A stretch of DNA of 64,000 nt from an uncultured virus (IMG/VR IMGVR_UViG_3300006467_000431) (taxonomy: Duplodnaviria; Heunggongvirae; Uroviricota; Caudoviricetes). Below are positions 36,259 to 45,767 of this stretch, piece by piece. The DNA is taken from IMG/VR virus record IMGVR_UViG_3300006467_000431, one strand, 5' to 3'. The first letter of the stretch is position 1. The number at the start of each line of letters is the position of its first letter. The notes under the pieces were generated by a model. It searched no databases and was not told the DNA's origin. It was given only the letters and a program-made list of their open reading frames with translations. The translations under genes and the position numbers were made by a program.

Positions 36259-39200
36259 ATGCACTTTGTTCGCACGTTCACAACGGAAGGCGCCCACTCC
36301 TTCGACTCTGTCGAGTTCGAGGCGAGGCGCTGTCAGATCTCCAACCACGATGGCAGCGCTGCCTTCGAGATGGACGCGGTGATCTTCCCCACGAGCTGGT
36401 CTCAGAACGCCGCGAACGTGGTGGCGCAGAAGTACCTGCGCAAGGCCGGGGTTCCGGACAAGACGGTGCGCATCAAGGAGAAGGGGATCCCCGAGTGGTG
36501 TCAGCGGAGTAAGCCAGCGAAGGATGCGGTGTTCGGCGCAGAGACCGACATCCGCCAGACGCTTCGTCGTCTGGCTGGGACGTGGACCTACTGGGGCTTC
36601 AAGATGGGTCTCTTCTCGGAAGAGGCTGATGGGCAGATCTTCTATGACGAGGTTCTCTACACGTTGATCCACCAGATGTGGGCTCCGAACAGCCCCCAGT
36701 GGTTCAACACCGGCCTGCACTGGGCCTACGGCATTGAGGGACCCCCGCAGGGGCACTACTACGTCGATTCGGAGACGGACGAGGTGGTTCCGTCGAGCTC
36801 GGCCTACGAGCGTCCGCAGCCTCACGCTTGTCAGCCGGCATGGGCTCTGGTGAGCACTCCGGAAGGCATGGTTCCGATCGTCGAGATCGTTCGAGAGGGA
36901 CGTGTGGGGCTCGAGGTCTTCGATCGCGAGGGAACGACCAAGGTGGTCGCTGTCTCGGCCAATGGCGTCAAGGGTGTTCGTCGTCTTCATCTCCGCAGCG
37001 GTCGCTATGTCGATGTGACTGGAGATCACCTGGTTCTTGTTAGTGAACACCGGAAGGACAAGAAGGGAGAGTTCCTTCCGGCACAGGAGGTCGAAGAGGG
37101 GATGCGATTGCATCTCCCCATGCGCCCGGAGCGGCTCGATGAAGGTGTTGGATCGGACGCTCAGATGGTCTCCGAAGCTGCTCTGGCTGGATGGCTTCTT
37201 ACGGACGGGTTCGTGGGTCAGTATGGTGAGGGGAGCAATCGCTCCCTCATCGTCGAGTTCGAGACGGTCTACGATGAAGAGCTGTCCTGGGTGAAGAAGC
37301 ATCTGGAGGTGGTGTTCTCGGGTGTTGCGTTCAACCAGATCGATGAGAAGGTCGATGATCCTCGCCTTACCTACCGTCGCTTGCGTGCCAGCGGTGAGCA
37401 GTTTCGTGGCTTCGTGGAGCGGTGGGGGTTGCTTGACCGACGTGAGAACGCGAAGGTTCCTTCGTGTCTCTATGGGGCCTCCCACGATGTTCTGATGGCC
37501 TTCCTGAAGAGCATCTTCCAGGCGGATGGTCATGTCGCTGTGCGACGTCGTGATGGGGTGGTGTCCGGCCAGGTCGGGTTCGACAAGATTTCTCGTGAGT
37601 TCTGCTCTGGTGTTCAGCTGCTGCTCTCCCGGGTGGGGATCTTCAGTCGTCTCCAAGTTCGGAACGATAGCCGTGAAGACCGGAAGCAGGGTTGGCGTGT
37701 TTCCATCGGCATCTTGGGCGATGCTCGTCGCTTTGCCGAGATCATTGGATTTCTTTCGGTCGACAAGCAGCAGCTCCTCCGTGAGCGCTGTCTCCTCGAC
37801 GGGCGCGATGTGAGCGAGCTGACTTTGGACCTGGTGACCGAGATCGAAGATCTTGGTGAACACGAGGTTTTCGACATCCAGACTGAGAGCGGGACCTATC
37901 TCTCGAACCATGTGGTGGTCCACAACTGCTTCATCCAGAGCGTTGGGGATGACCTGGTCAATCCGGGCGGCATCATGGATCTGTGGGTGCGAGAGGCTCG
38001 GCTCTTCAAGTACGGATCGGGCACTGGCACCAACTTCTCAGGCCTTCGTGGTGCTGGCGAGCGTCTCTCGGGAGGCGGTGTCAGCTCCGGCGTGATGAGC
38101 TGGCTTCGCATCGGGGATCGGTCGGCGCAGGGCATCCAGTCCGGCGGCACGACGCGGCGTGCCGCGAAGATGGTGGTCCTCGATGATGACCATCCGGAGA
38201 TCTGTGAGTTCGTCAACTGGAAGGTCACCGAGGAGAAGAAGGTCGCAGCGATGGTGGCGGGCTCGAGGGCCTGCGAGAAGTCGCTCAATGACATCGTTCG
38301 CGCCTGTCACTCGATGGAGGGTGAGGACCGCTTCGACCCGAAGAAGAACGAGCGTCTGGGGGATGCGGTTCTCGACGCTCGCGACCTCTTCGTGCCGGAC
38401 TCGATGGTCTACCGAGCTATCGAGCTCGCCAAGCAGGGCGTCACGCGGATGGACTTCCCGATCTTGGACACCGACTGGCAGGGTGCTGCCTACGACACGG
38501 TGTCCGGGCAGCAGTCCAACAACTCTGTGTCTGTGACGCAGCGCTTCCTCCAGGCCGTCGAGACCAAGGACGACTGGACGCTGATTCGACGCACCGACGG
38601 CGGAGTTCACAAGACGATTCCGGCGGCATCGCTGTGGGCTGACCTGACCTACGCGGCGTGGGCCTGTGCGGACCCGGGTCTGCACTTCAACTCGACGATG
38701 AACGAGTGGCACACGTGCAGCAACGATGAGCCGATTCGGGCGACCAATCCATGCTCTGAGTATGTCTTCATCGACGACACGGCCTGCAATCTGGCCAGCC
38801 TCAACCTGGTGAAGTTCGAGGCTTACAACTCTCTTGGTTTCAGCCTTGAGACCTTTGTGCAGACCGTTCACCTCGTGACGACGGTGCTCGAGATCTCCGT
38901 CGGTATGAGTCAGCTTCCGAGCGCGGCGATTGCTCGCAAGACCTACGACTACCGCACGCTTGGACTCGGCTACGCGAACCTGGGAGCGCTACTGATGCGC
39001 CGAGGTCTTCCCTATGACAGCCCCGAGGCACGTGGTTTTGCAGGTGCTCTGACGGCGCTGATGACCGGGGAGGCCTACTGTCAGTCGGCTCGGATGGCTG
39101 AGTGTCTGGGTGCCTTCCCGCGCTTCGAAGCGAATCGTGAGCCGATGATGAAGGTGATGGGCAACCACCGAGCAGCTGCTCTCGGTTTCGAAGATGACTA

Positions 39201-40884
39201 CAAGGAACTCTCCATCGAACCGCGCGGCCTGAAGTCTGGAGACACACACCCCGAGCTGTTGGTCGCGGCTGGCCTGGCTTGGAAGAAGGCCATCGAGCTC
39301 GGCTCCAAGCATGGCTACCGCAATGCCCAGGTCTCGGCGATCGCTCCCACTGGCACCATCTCCATCGAGATGGACTGCGATACGACGGGCGTCGAGCCGG
39401 ACTTCGCGCTGGTGAAGTTCAAGTCGTTGGCTGGCGGCGGCGGGATGACGATCATCAACCAGTCGGTGCCAGTGGCTCTCCAGCGGCTCGGCTACAGCGC
39501 CGCTCAGATCGAGACCATTGTCCACTACATCAGCGGACACCGGAAGCTGTCGGAGGAGGTCAAGGGCTTCCTCACAGTGAAGGGCTTCACGGGTGAGATG
39601 ATCGAACGGGTTGAGAACGCGCTCCGGATGGGTAGCCCCCACATCGCTCTGGCCATCAGTGAGATGCAGGTCGGCCGGTCGGACCTGCTTGAGTTCACCG
39701 AGCTCACGCCGGAAGATCTGTCCAAGGGCGTCGACTTGCTCACGCTGCTCGGCATGAACGCTGACAAGATCTCCGAGGCCAACCTCTACTCTGTCGGTGC
39801 GATGACCATCGAGGGAGCTCCAGGTCTCAAGGATGCTCACTTGCCAGTCTTCGACTGCGCGAACCGGTGTGGTCTCACAGGCAAGCGCTCCATCTCGGCA
39901 CGTGGTCATGTCGACATGATGGGGGCGGTTCAGCCCTTCGTCTCGGGTGCCATCAGCAAGACGGTGAACATGCCACGAGATGCGACCCTCGAGGATGTTC
40001 GCAGCGTTTACCATCGAGCCTGGAAGGTCGGAGTCAAGGCCATCGCGCTGTACCGTGATGGCAGCAAGATGTCGCAGCCTCTGGGTTCACGACTGGCGGC
40101 CGAGCTCTTCGAGGGCTTGAAGAGGTCCGAGCCCGAAGTGTCTTCGCGGGATGTTGTTCATCAGGTCGCCGAGCGGATGGTGATTCGGTACATCTCCGAG
40201 CGCAGGAAGCTTCCCTTCAAGCGCAGTGGGTACACGCAGAAGGCGATCATCGGGGGCCACAAGGTGTTCCTTCGGACCGGTGAGTACGACGATGGTACCC
40301 TCGGGGAGCTGTTCATCGACACTCACAAGGAAGGAGCCGCGTTCCGCAGCTTGCTGGCTGCTTTTGCTATGGCCGTGTCCGTCGGCCTTCAGCACGGTGT
40401 CCCCCTCGAGAAGCTCGTCGACCTGTACACCTTCACCAAGTACGAGCCGAATGGTCCCGTGTTCGGCGATGCGCAGGTCAAGACCTGCACGTCGTTGCTC
40501 GACTGGGTCTTCCGGCACCTCGCTGTCAGCTACCTCGGTCGGGAGGATCTGGCGCACGTGAAGAGCGAAGACCTGGATCCGGACACTCTGGGTGAGCCGG
40601 AGCCGTCCTTCACCCACGAGAAGGACATGGGCAGTCTCCACCTCCTCGACGTGAACGATGTTCATCTTCACGACGACGACACCTCTGAAGTGGCCATCAA
40701 GCACACCTTTATGGCGACGACGTCGACTTCGGAGATGGTGACGACGATGTCGCCTTCTGAGATCGCAAGGGCTTCTGGGTATGAGGGGGATCCTTGTCCA
40801 TCGTGTGGTCAGTTCATGCTTGTTCGCACGAACGGAAGCTGCACGAAGTGCACCAACTGCGGAGATTATGGGGGTTGCTCCTAG
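36259..40884 (+). CDS. nrdJ: Adenosylcobalamin-dependent (class II) ribonucleotide reductase with intein
   Basis: PNSPQWFNTGL, PQPHA|CFIQSV, GGTTRRAAKM, TNPCSEY, ACNLASLNL, IAPTGTI, GAISKTVNMP; C-terminal Zn ribbon. Confidence 0.95.
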   Translation: MHFVRTFTTEGAHSFDSVEFEARRCQISNHDGSAAFEMDAVIFPTSWSQNAANVVAQKYLRKAGVPDKTVRIKEKGIPEWCQRSKPAKDAVFGAETDIRQTLRRLAGTWTYWGFKMGLFSEEADGQIFYDEVLYTLIHQMWAPNSPQWFNTGLHWAYGIEGPPQGHYYVDSETDEVVPSSSAYERPQPHACQPAWALVSTPEGMVPIVEIVREGRVGLEVFDREGTTKVVAVSANGVKGVRRLHLRSGRYVDVTGDHLVLVSEHRKDKKGEFLPAQEVEEGMRLHLPMRPERLDEGVGSDAQMVSEAALAGWLLTDGFVGQYGEGSNRSLIVEFETVYDEELSWVKKHLEVVFSGVAFNQIDEKVDDPRLTYRRLRASGEQFRGFVERWGLLDRRENAKVPSCLYGASHDVLMAFLKSIFQADGHVAVRRRDGVVSGQVGFDKISREFCSGVQLLLSRVGIFSRLQVRNDSREDRKQGWRVSIGILGDARRFAEIIGFLSVDKQQLLRERCLLDGRDVSELTLDLVTEIEDLGEHEVFDIQTESGTYLSNHVVVHNCFIQSVGDDLVNPGGIMDLWVREARLFKYGSGTGTNFSGLRGAGERLSGGGVSSGVMSWLRIGDRSAQGIQSGGTTRRAAKMVVLDDDHPEICEFVNWKVTEEKKVAAMVAGSRACEKSLNDIVRACHSMEGEDRFDPKKNERLGDAVLDARDLFVPDSMVYRAIELAKQGVTRMDFPILDTDWQGAAYDTVSGQQSNNSVSVTQRFLQAVETKDDWTLIRRTDGGVHKTIPAASLWADLTYAAWACADPGLHFNSTMNEWHTCSNDEPIRATNPCSEYVFIDDTACNLASLNLVKFEAYNSLGFSLETFVQTVHLVTTVLEISVGMSQLPSAAIARKTYDYRTLGLGYANLGALLMRRGLPYDSPEARGFAGALTALMTGEAYCQSARMAECLGAFPRFEANREPMMKVMGNHRAAALGFEDDYKELSIEPRGLKSGDTHPELLVAAGLAWKKAIELGSKHGYRNAQVSAIAPTGTISIEMDCDTTGVEPDFALVKFKSLAGGGGMTIINQSVPVALQRLGYSAAQIETIVHYISGHRKLSEEVKGFLTVKGFTGEMIERVENALRMGSPHIALAISEMQVGRSDLLEFTELTPEDLSKGVDLLTLLGMNADKISEANLYSVGAMTIEGAPGLKDAHLPVFDCANRCGLTGKRSISARGHVDMMGAVQPFVSGAISKTVNMPRDATLEDVRSVYHRAWKVGVKAIALYRDGSKMSQPLGSRLAAELFEGLKRSEPEVSSRDVVHQVAERMVIRYISERRKLPFKRSGYTQKAIIGGHKVFLRTGEYDDGTLGELFIDTHKEGAAFRSLLAAFAMAVSVGLQHGVPLEKLVDLYTFTKYEPNGPVFGDAQVKTCTSLLDWVFRHLAVSYLGREDLAHVKSEDLDPDTLGEPEPSFTHEKDMGSLHLLDVNDVHLHDDDTSEVAIKHTFMATTSTSEMVTTMSPSEIARASGYEGDPCPSCGQFMLVRTNGSCTKCTNCGDYGGCS
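36829..37926 (+). mobile_element. Intein with LAGLIDADG endonuclease (366 aa) in nrdJ
   Basis: CQPAWALV start, TGDHLVL block B, VVHN end before Cys+1; LAGWLLTDG and FLKSIFQADG motifs. Confidence 0.9.
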
Positions 40885-40900
40885 CACTTTTGCTAGGAGC
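40877..40900 (+). terminator. Stem-loop over nrdJ stop
   Basis: gctcctagca-cttt-tgctaggagc perfect 10-bp stem. Confidence 0.5.
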
Positions 40901-40919
40901 GCCTCCTGTGGAGGAAGCA

Positions 40920-41222
40920 ATGGATTCGAAGACCTGTACCTGCGGACGCTACCCTGGCGGAGATCTCTGCCCGACCCCCAGTCGTTGCGGCTTCGGCACC
41001 ACGACTTCTTCTCGATCTATCGATCTGGACTGGTGTTCGGATGCTCCTTCGGTTACAGGCCACTACTGGCGCTTCGACATGGATGAGCCTCCGGCCTTTG
41101 GTGTCAATCCGAAGGTCGTCTTCTATGCTGGACCGATCCAGCCTCTCCACCATCGGAGCTCGCTGCGGTGGGCGGGTCCTTTCGTCTCTCCTTCTTTGCC
41201 TGCTGTGTCCAAGAAGGACTAA
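40920..41222 (+). CDS. Small Cys-containing hypothetical protein
   Basis: GGAGG RBS before ATG 40920. Confidence 0.5.
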   Translation: MDSKTCTCGRYPGGDLCPTPSRCGFGTTTSSRSIDLDWCSDAPSVTGHYWRFDMDEPPAFGVNPKVVFYAGPIQPLHHRSSLRWAGPFVSPSLPAVSKKD

Positions 41223-41241
41223 GATCAAGGCAGGAGGGGCC

Positions 41242-41925
41242 ATGACGCCACAGCAGGCAGCGGCAGTCCTACGGCTGTCGAAGCCTTGGACTCTGGAGAG
41301 CGTCAAGAAGGCCTTCAAGAAGCGTGCTCGTGAGACGCATCCAGACCTGAAGGGCAATGACGACGACGGAGCTGCCTTCAAGGAAGCCAAGCTTGCGCTG
41401 GAGCGGCTCGAGAAGCACCTGAAGGGGGAAGACGACGACTACCCCGGGTTCTATGCCAACGAGCCTTCAGCGGCGCCTCAGGAGGAGGAAGAAGCTGGAT
41501 CTGACCTCGAGGTGGGCTCCTGGTTCGATGTGGTTGGTGTCCGGTGTGCGAACCAGGTTCTCGATGCGAGGTTCCGGGCACAGCTCGTGCAGTTGAAGCA
41601 CAAGACGCTCAATCGCTACGGGGAGGCTGTCCAGACACGCTGGTTGATGGCTGTGTACGCTCAGCCAGGAGTGAAGCTCGATTCCGAGCTCGTCGAGGTG
41701 GTGCTCCAAGAGAAGGGAGCTACCCATCCTTCGATCTTCGTCCGGAAGGTCGTCCAACGCTCCTACGACGTAAAGAACAGGGTCTCTGCCTTCTGGTTCG
41801 ACCCCCTCGAGGAGCCGGTGATCTCCGAGGAGAACATCCGCGACCACAGGCACTACGACTACGAGCCCCCACGCTCCTATGGTGGATACTACTGGTGGGA
41901 CGTCTACACCTACGCCAACTCTTGA
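41242..41925 (+). CDS. J-domain (DnaJ-like) protein
   Basis: VLRL..VKKAFKKRARETHPD..AFKEAK; AGGAGG RBS. Confidence 0.85.
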   Translation: MTPQQAAAVLRLSKPWTLESVKKAFKKRARETHPDLKGNDDDGAAFKEAKLALERLEKHLKGEDDDYPGFYANEPSAAPQEEEEAGSDLEVGSWFDVVGVRCANQVLDARFRAQLVQLKHKTLNRYGEAVQTRWLMAVYAQPGVKLDSELVEVVLQEKGATHPSIFVRKVVQRSYDVKNRVSAFWFDPLEEPVISEENIRDHRHYDYEPPRSYGGYYWWDVYTYANS

Positions 41926-41965
41926 CGATCGCGATAGGTGGTTGTCCTGTGTGGAGGTTGCAGCG

Positions 41966-42751
41966 ATGGACATCACGACGAAGCTTCTTTCTTGGCGATG
42001 GGGTCCCAGTGGTAAGCTGGGGCTCGGCGCCTTCCTTGGGCTTGTGGTCATCGTGCTTCCGAGCGTGATCTGCATGGGACTCGACATGCTGAAGGTCACG
42101 CGCCAGGTCGAGCCCCCTTACTTCTTCGGCGACTTCGTGCCGACCCATCATCAGGTCTGCGCGTCGGCCGAGGAGTTTCGTGTGCAGATCAACAAGGACA
42201 CGCTCGAGCTCAATGAGCTGGGATGGCCGGCGTGGCCTGCAGAAGACGAACTCGTGGTGGTCGACTGCGGCACATCACATCTTCCGGCCCCCGTTGGGCA
42301 TGCGCGCTGGCACCTGTGCACGGATCTACGCGAGGAGGGGGGTGAGGTGGGTCCTGGATGCACGGCGAAGTCGAAGGATGAGGCTCCTCCGGGAGGCATT
42401 GCGCGTGCTCAGATCGTGGATGGCAAGATCGTGGCTGTCGACATGTACATCTCTGGCGATGCTGCGGTCCCGAAGGACATTGTGGTGATCCATGAGGAGC
42501 TTCATGGACGAGGGCTTCTCATCGAGGACGAGGACGACGAGAAGACGAAGTACGTCGAGGGAGCTCACACCGAGAAGCCTGGTCACGTGATGACTGAGAG
42601 CCCGAGCGGCAAGGGGATGAAATGGCTGGATCGTCGACCTGGAGGAGATTGGCCCTATGGCTCTGCGGAGGAAGACATCAAGGAGGGCCCGGACCCGAAG
42701 GCGAGCTCGATTCTGAAGGACAGCCCGGAGAAGAGTCCGGCGGCGCAGTGA
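41966..42751 (+). CDS. Membrane-anchored metzincin-like metallopeptidase
   Basis: N-terminal TM; HEELHGRGL...AH..GHVM (zinc motif and Met-turn-like). Confidence 0.55.
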   Translation: MDITTKLLSWRWGPSGKLGLGAFLGLVVIVLPSVICMGLDMLKVTRQVEPPYFFGDFVPTHHQVCASAEEFRVQINKDTLELNELGWPAWPAEDELVVVDCGTSHLPAPVGHARWHLCTDLREEGGEVGPGCTAKSKDEAPPGGIARAQIVDGKIVAVDMYISGDAAVPKDIVVIHEELHGRGLLIEDEDDEKTKYVEGAHTEKPGHVMTESPSGKGMKWLDRRPGGDWPYGSAEEDIKEGPDPKASSILKDSPEKSPAAQ

Positions 42752-43662
42752 GCTACGATGAGGTCATGCCTCACGCCGAGGAGTCCATCATGCAGGTCAC
42801 GTTGAATCGCTCGCTGAACGCCTACGTCTCGCCGGACACGTCGCGGTCGTCGATCAGCAGAATCTCTCCAGGGACCTACGACGTTCAAGAGGTCTTCGAG
42901 GACAGGAGCGGCGATGCGACGTACGTGGAGATCGTCCCGATGGGAGATCTTCGAGTCTGGATCTGCACCCGATGGTCCGACCATGTCTACGCAACGGTCG
43001 AGGCGCCTTTCACTGGATGGCCGCAGCTCGAGGGAGCCATCGACGAGGCCCTCCTCGTGCAGCGCATCCGGCAGTTTGCCGGTTTCCGCTACAGTCTGAC
43101 CGATCCGCACTACCTCGACCAGCCGATCGAGGGAAGCAACGACTACAAGCTGGTGCCACCGAGGCAGAACAACTGCTGCGTGTTTGTCGAGGACCTGGTC
43201 ATGGGCGCCTTCAGGGCAGCCGGCGTGAAGGTGCCCTGGACGAAGACGAGTCACAAGCAGGCGATGATCGCCTACTGGGACGACCTGTTCAGCCCGGTGA
43301 CGGCCTATGTCGAGGCTGGCGTTGCTGTGCGTCTCGAGGACCCAAGGGCGCTTCCGGCTCCTTGGACGGTGTGTCAGGGGTGGGGCCCGACGTCGGGGCA
43401 CACCTTCATGGTTCTCGACGTCCATCGGCCGACGAGGAAGGTCTGCACCATCGAGTCCAACAACGCCAAGGGGATGGATGGACCAGGGATGCGGGCCCTG
43501 GGAGACCTGGACTCCCTCTTGGATGGCCCACCCGAGAACTGGTGGGAGCGGGACGGGGTTCCTACCTGGGAGGAGCTACACAAGACCTACAGCAAGGGGA
43601 TCGAGGGAGCCCGATTGAAGGTTACGAATCTTCGATGGGCCTCGTGTAGCACGCTCTTTTGA
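42748..43662 (+). CDS. Putative CHAP/NlpC-like cysteine hydrolase (possible lysin) with N-terminal SH3-like region
   Basis: NNCCVFV (Cys), SGHTFMV (His), IESN; GTGA overlap. Confidence 0.45.
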   Translation: MSYDEVMPHAEESIMQVTLNRSLNAYVSPDTSRSSISRISPGTYDVQEVFEDRSGDATYVEIVPMGDLRVWICTRWSDHVYATVEAPFTGWPQLEGAIDEALLVQRIRQFAGFRYSLTDPHYLDQPIEGSNDYKLVPPRQNNCCVFVEDLVMGAFRAAGVKVPWTKTSHKQAMIAYWDDLFSPVTAYVEAGVAVRLEDPRALPAPWTVCQGWGPTSGHTFMVLDVHRPTRKVCTIESNNAKGMDGPGMRALGDLDSLLDGPPENWWERDGVPTWEELHKTYSKGIEGARLKVTNLRWASCSTLF

Positions 43663-43673
43663 TGCATTCCTGT

Positions 43674-43690
43674 TGACACGGAGCGTGTCA
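43674..43690. promoter_or_regulatory. Operator TGACAC-GGAGC-GTGTCA over -35 TTGACA
   Basis: Upstream of lipoprotein gene. Confidence 0.8.
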
Positions 43691-43722
43691 GCCTGCTAGG
43701 TTTTACCACAAAGGAGGTTTGC

Positions 43723-44451
43723 ATGCGCATCCCCACTCTTCTCCTGATGGTTGCCTGTGGCTCGAGCGAGCCGGTTGCCGTTCAGGCGTTTCGGCTCGAC
43801 CTCGACACCGACACGGGAACACTCGTTGTCGATGCTGATACCGACGCCGACGCTGACGCCGATACCGACACCGACACCGATACCGACACCGACATGGATA
43901 CGGACGTCGAGACTGGAGCTACCGGTGACACGGGCTTTGTTGCCTGTGAGCCGGAGCGCTTGGTGGTTCAGACGGCAAGCTCGGTCGCGAACCCTGGTGC
44001 AACGGGGTTTGCCAGGTTCTCGGCCTGTGTCGATCCGGATGGTGAGTGGCGTGCTGTTCAGCAGTGGTGGTGGGGGGACATCAACGGCAGTGTGATGTGC
44101 ATGTACACCTGGGAGACCGAGAGCACCAACCTGGTGGATGACTGCGAAGAGTGCGACTGGGCCTTCCAGTTCAACTGGGGGGTGCCCATCGAGGACGGCA
44201 CCACGATGTGCTCGGAGGGTTGGTGGCATCCTTCCGAGCTCTACAACCCCACGGATGTCCGCATCGGTTTCGTCGAGGGTTGGATCAATCAAGATCCAGA
44301 CATCCTCTGGGACATCGACGGTGACGGGGAGTGGGTTTCCGACGAGTCGCTCTACCACGGAGCTCAGTGGCCGTTCGGTCCGCTTCTCGATGCGAGCTTC
44401 GACGGAGAGGAGTGGCTCATCAACTACGACTTCGCCCAGGTCGACCCGTAG
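43723..44451 (+). CDS. Lipoprotein with DT/DA dipeptide linker
   Basis: AGGAGG RBS; lipobox-like LLMVAC; DADTDADADADTDTDTDTD. Confidence 0.8.
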   Translation: MRIPTLLLMVACGSSEPVAVQAFRLDLDTDTGTLVVDADTDADADADTDTDTDTDTDMDTDVETGATGDTGFVACEPERLVVQTASSVANPGATGFARFSACVDPDGEWRAVQQWWWGDINGSVMCMYTWETESTNLVDDCEECDWAFQFNWGVPIEDGTTMCSEGWWHPSELYNPTDVRIGFVEGWINQDPDILWDIDGDGEWVSDESLYHGAQWPFGPLLDASFDGEEWLINYDFAQVDP

Positions 44452-44452
44452 A

Positions 44453-45259
44453 TCAGAACAGGTCTTCCCACTTGCTGAAGTCGTCCTCGAGGCCCTTGGT
44501 CTGATCTTCGGTCAGGAAGCCTGCTCGGTTGACGAGCTGCTTGGCTTCCTCGACAGCCTTCTCGGTGAGGGCATCGGTCAGCGGCACTTCGTGGCCCGCC
44601 CTGTATCCACACAGGGCTGGGTCGAGGCCAGAGGGAAGTTCGTGCTCGACCTCGTTGTCGGTCTCAGCGATGAGCTTGTCGAGAAGGTCCTCGGCCACCT
44701 CTCCATCTATCTCGTCGCCCCCGTTCTCGACGGAGGCGTCCGGGTTCTTGTCCTCGATCATCTCGAGCTCTTCGGTCGCTTCGACTTCTTCTTCTTCTTC
44801 GAGGATGAGCCGCTCGGACAGTGCGATGACGGCGTAGTTGAGGAACTCGTTGACGAGCTCGTTGATCTGCCCGATGGGTACGAGCATCGAGATGGACCGG
44901 TGGTAGTCCCCGCTGCGCTTGAGCAGGGCTCTTCGAAGGGAGACGAAGCGGAACTCGACCTGGTCCACGACGGTGGATGGACCGTGGACGACCAGGTCGT
45001 CGGTCTCCTCGTTCGTGTCGATGCGCTGGCGGAGTTCGACGGCATAGGCCGAGCTCACGACGTCGAGAAGAGCGGCATCCCATGCATGACGTCGCTTGTC
45101 GAGGAGCTTGCGCGCCTCGAGCATCACGTCGGCATCGGTGAGTCCGAGCTTCTTGAGCTTGCGGTTGGCGATCTTGCGCGCGGTCTGCCCCTCGGGGGTG
45201 TGGGGGGCATCGTTCGCGGTGGCGATCAGCTTCCGGATCTGGTCGAGCTTCTTGCTCAC
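44453..45259 (-). CDS. DUF2786-like protein
   Basis: KLDQIRKLIATAND..PEGQTARKIA; GTGA overlap start. Confidence 0.6.
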   Translation of the reverse strand: MSKKLDQIRKLIATANDAPHTPEGQTARKIANRKLKKLGLTDADVMLEARKLLDKRRHAWDAALLDVVSSAYAVELRQRIDTNEETDDLVVHGPSTVVDQVEFRFVSLRRALLKRSGDYHRSISMLVPIGQINELVNEFLNYAVIALSERLILEEEEEVEATEELEMIEDKNPDASVENGGDEIDGEVAEDLLDKLIAETDNEVEHELPSGLDPALCGYRAGHEVPLTDALTEKAVEEAKQLVNRAGFLTEDQTKGLEDDFSKWEDLF

Positions 45260-45714
45260 GACAGCCTGGTGACCTTGCTCTGCGTCTTCTGGGCTCGCTC
45301 GAAGAGCGCGTAGGCTTCGTGGAGCAGGCGCTGGTAGGACTTGTCGCCGTGCTTCATCTGCATGCGCGAGTAGTGGATGCTGACGAGGATCGACTGGAAG
45401 TACATGACGCCCTGCTGCTGCACGCCGATGGCGATCTGCTTGACCTGGTTGTCGTCGCAGGCTTCCCCAGCGGCGGCGAGGTTGTCGAGAGCGATGGCGA
45501 GGTTGGTCTGAACAGCGTGGGTGCGCTTCTCGAGGTTGGGAACCTGGATTCCCTTCTGGCTCTCGGCGAGGATGTAGGACTGGGTCTGGTTGTAGTCCTG
45601 CAGCGCCTTGTCGAGTGCCAGGCACGCCTGATGGACCTCAGGGTCTCGCTTGAGGATGGTCTCGACCTGCTCGGCAGTGATCTCGCCCTGAGGGGCAGCG
45701 TTCTCGTTGGACAT
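45256..45714 (-). CDS. Helical hypothetical protein
   Basis: GGAG RBS; strong codon bias; downstream of operator-promoter. Confidence 0.7.
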   Translation of the reverse strand: MSNENAAPQGEITAEQVETILKRDPEVHQACLALDKALQDYNQTQSYILAESQKGIQVPNLEKRTHAVQTNLAIALDNLAAAGEACDDNQVKQIAIGVQQQGVMYFQSILVSIHYSRMQMKHGDKSYQRLLHEAYALFERAQKTQSKVTRLS

Positions 45715-45750
45715 GGGACACTCCATGGATGTGCATCTGACCATAGGTCG

Positions 45751-45767
45751 TGACACTGACTGTGTCA
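45751..45767. promoter_or_regulatory. Operator TGACAC-TGACT-GTGTCA within minus-strand promoter TTGACA-17-TATGGT
   Basis: -35 at 45768-45763, -10 at 45745-45740. Confidence 0.8.
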
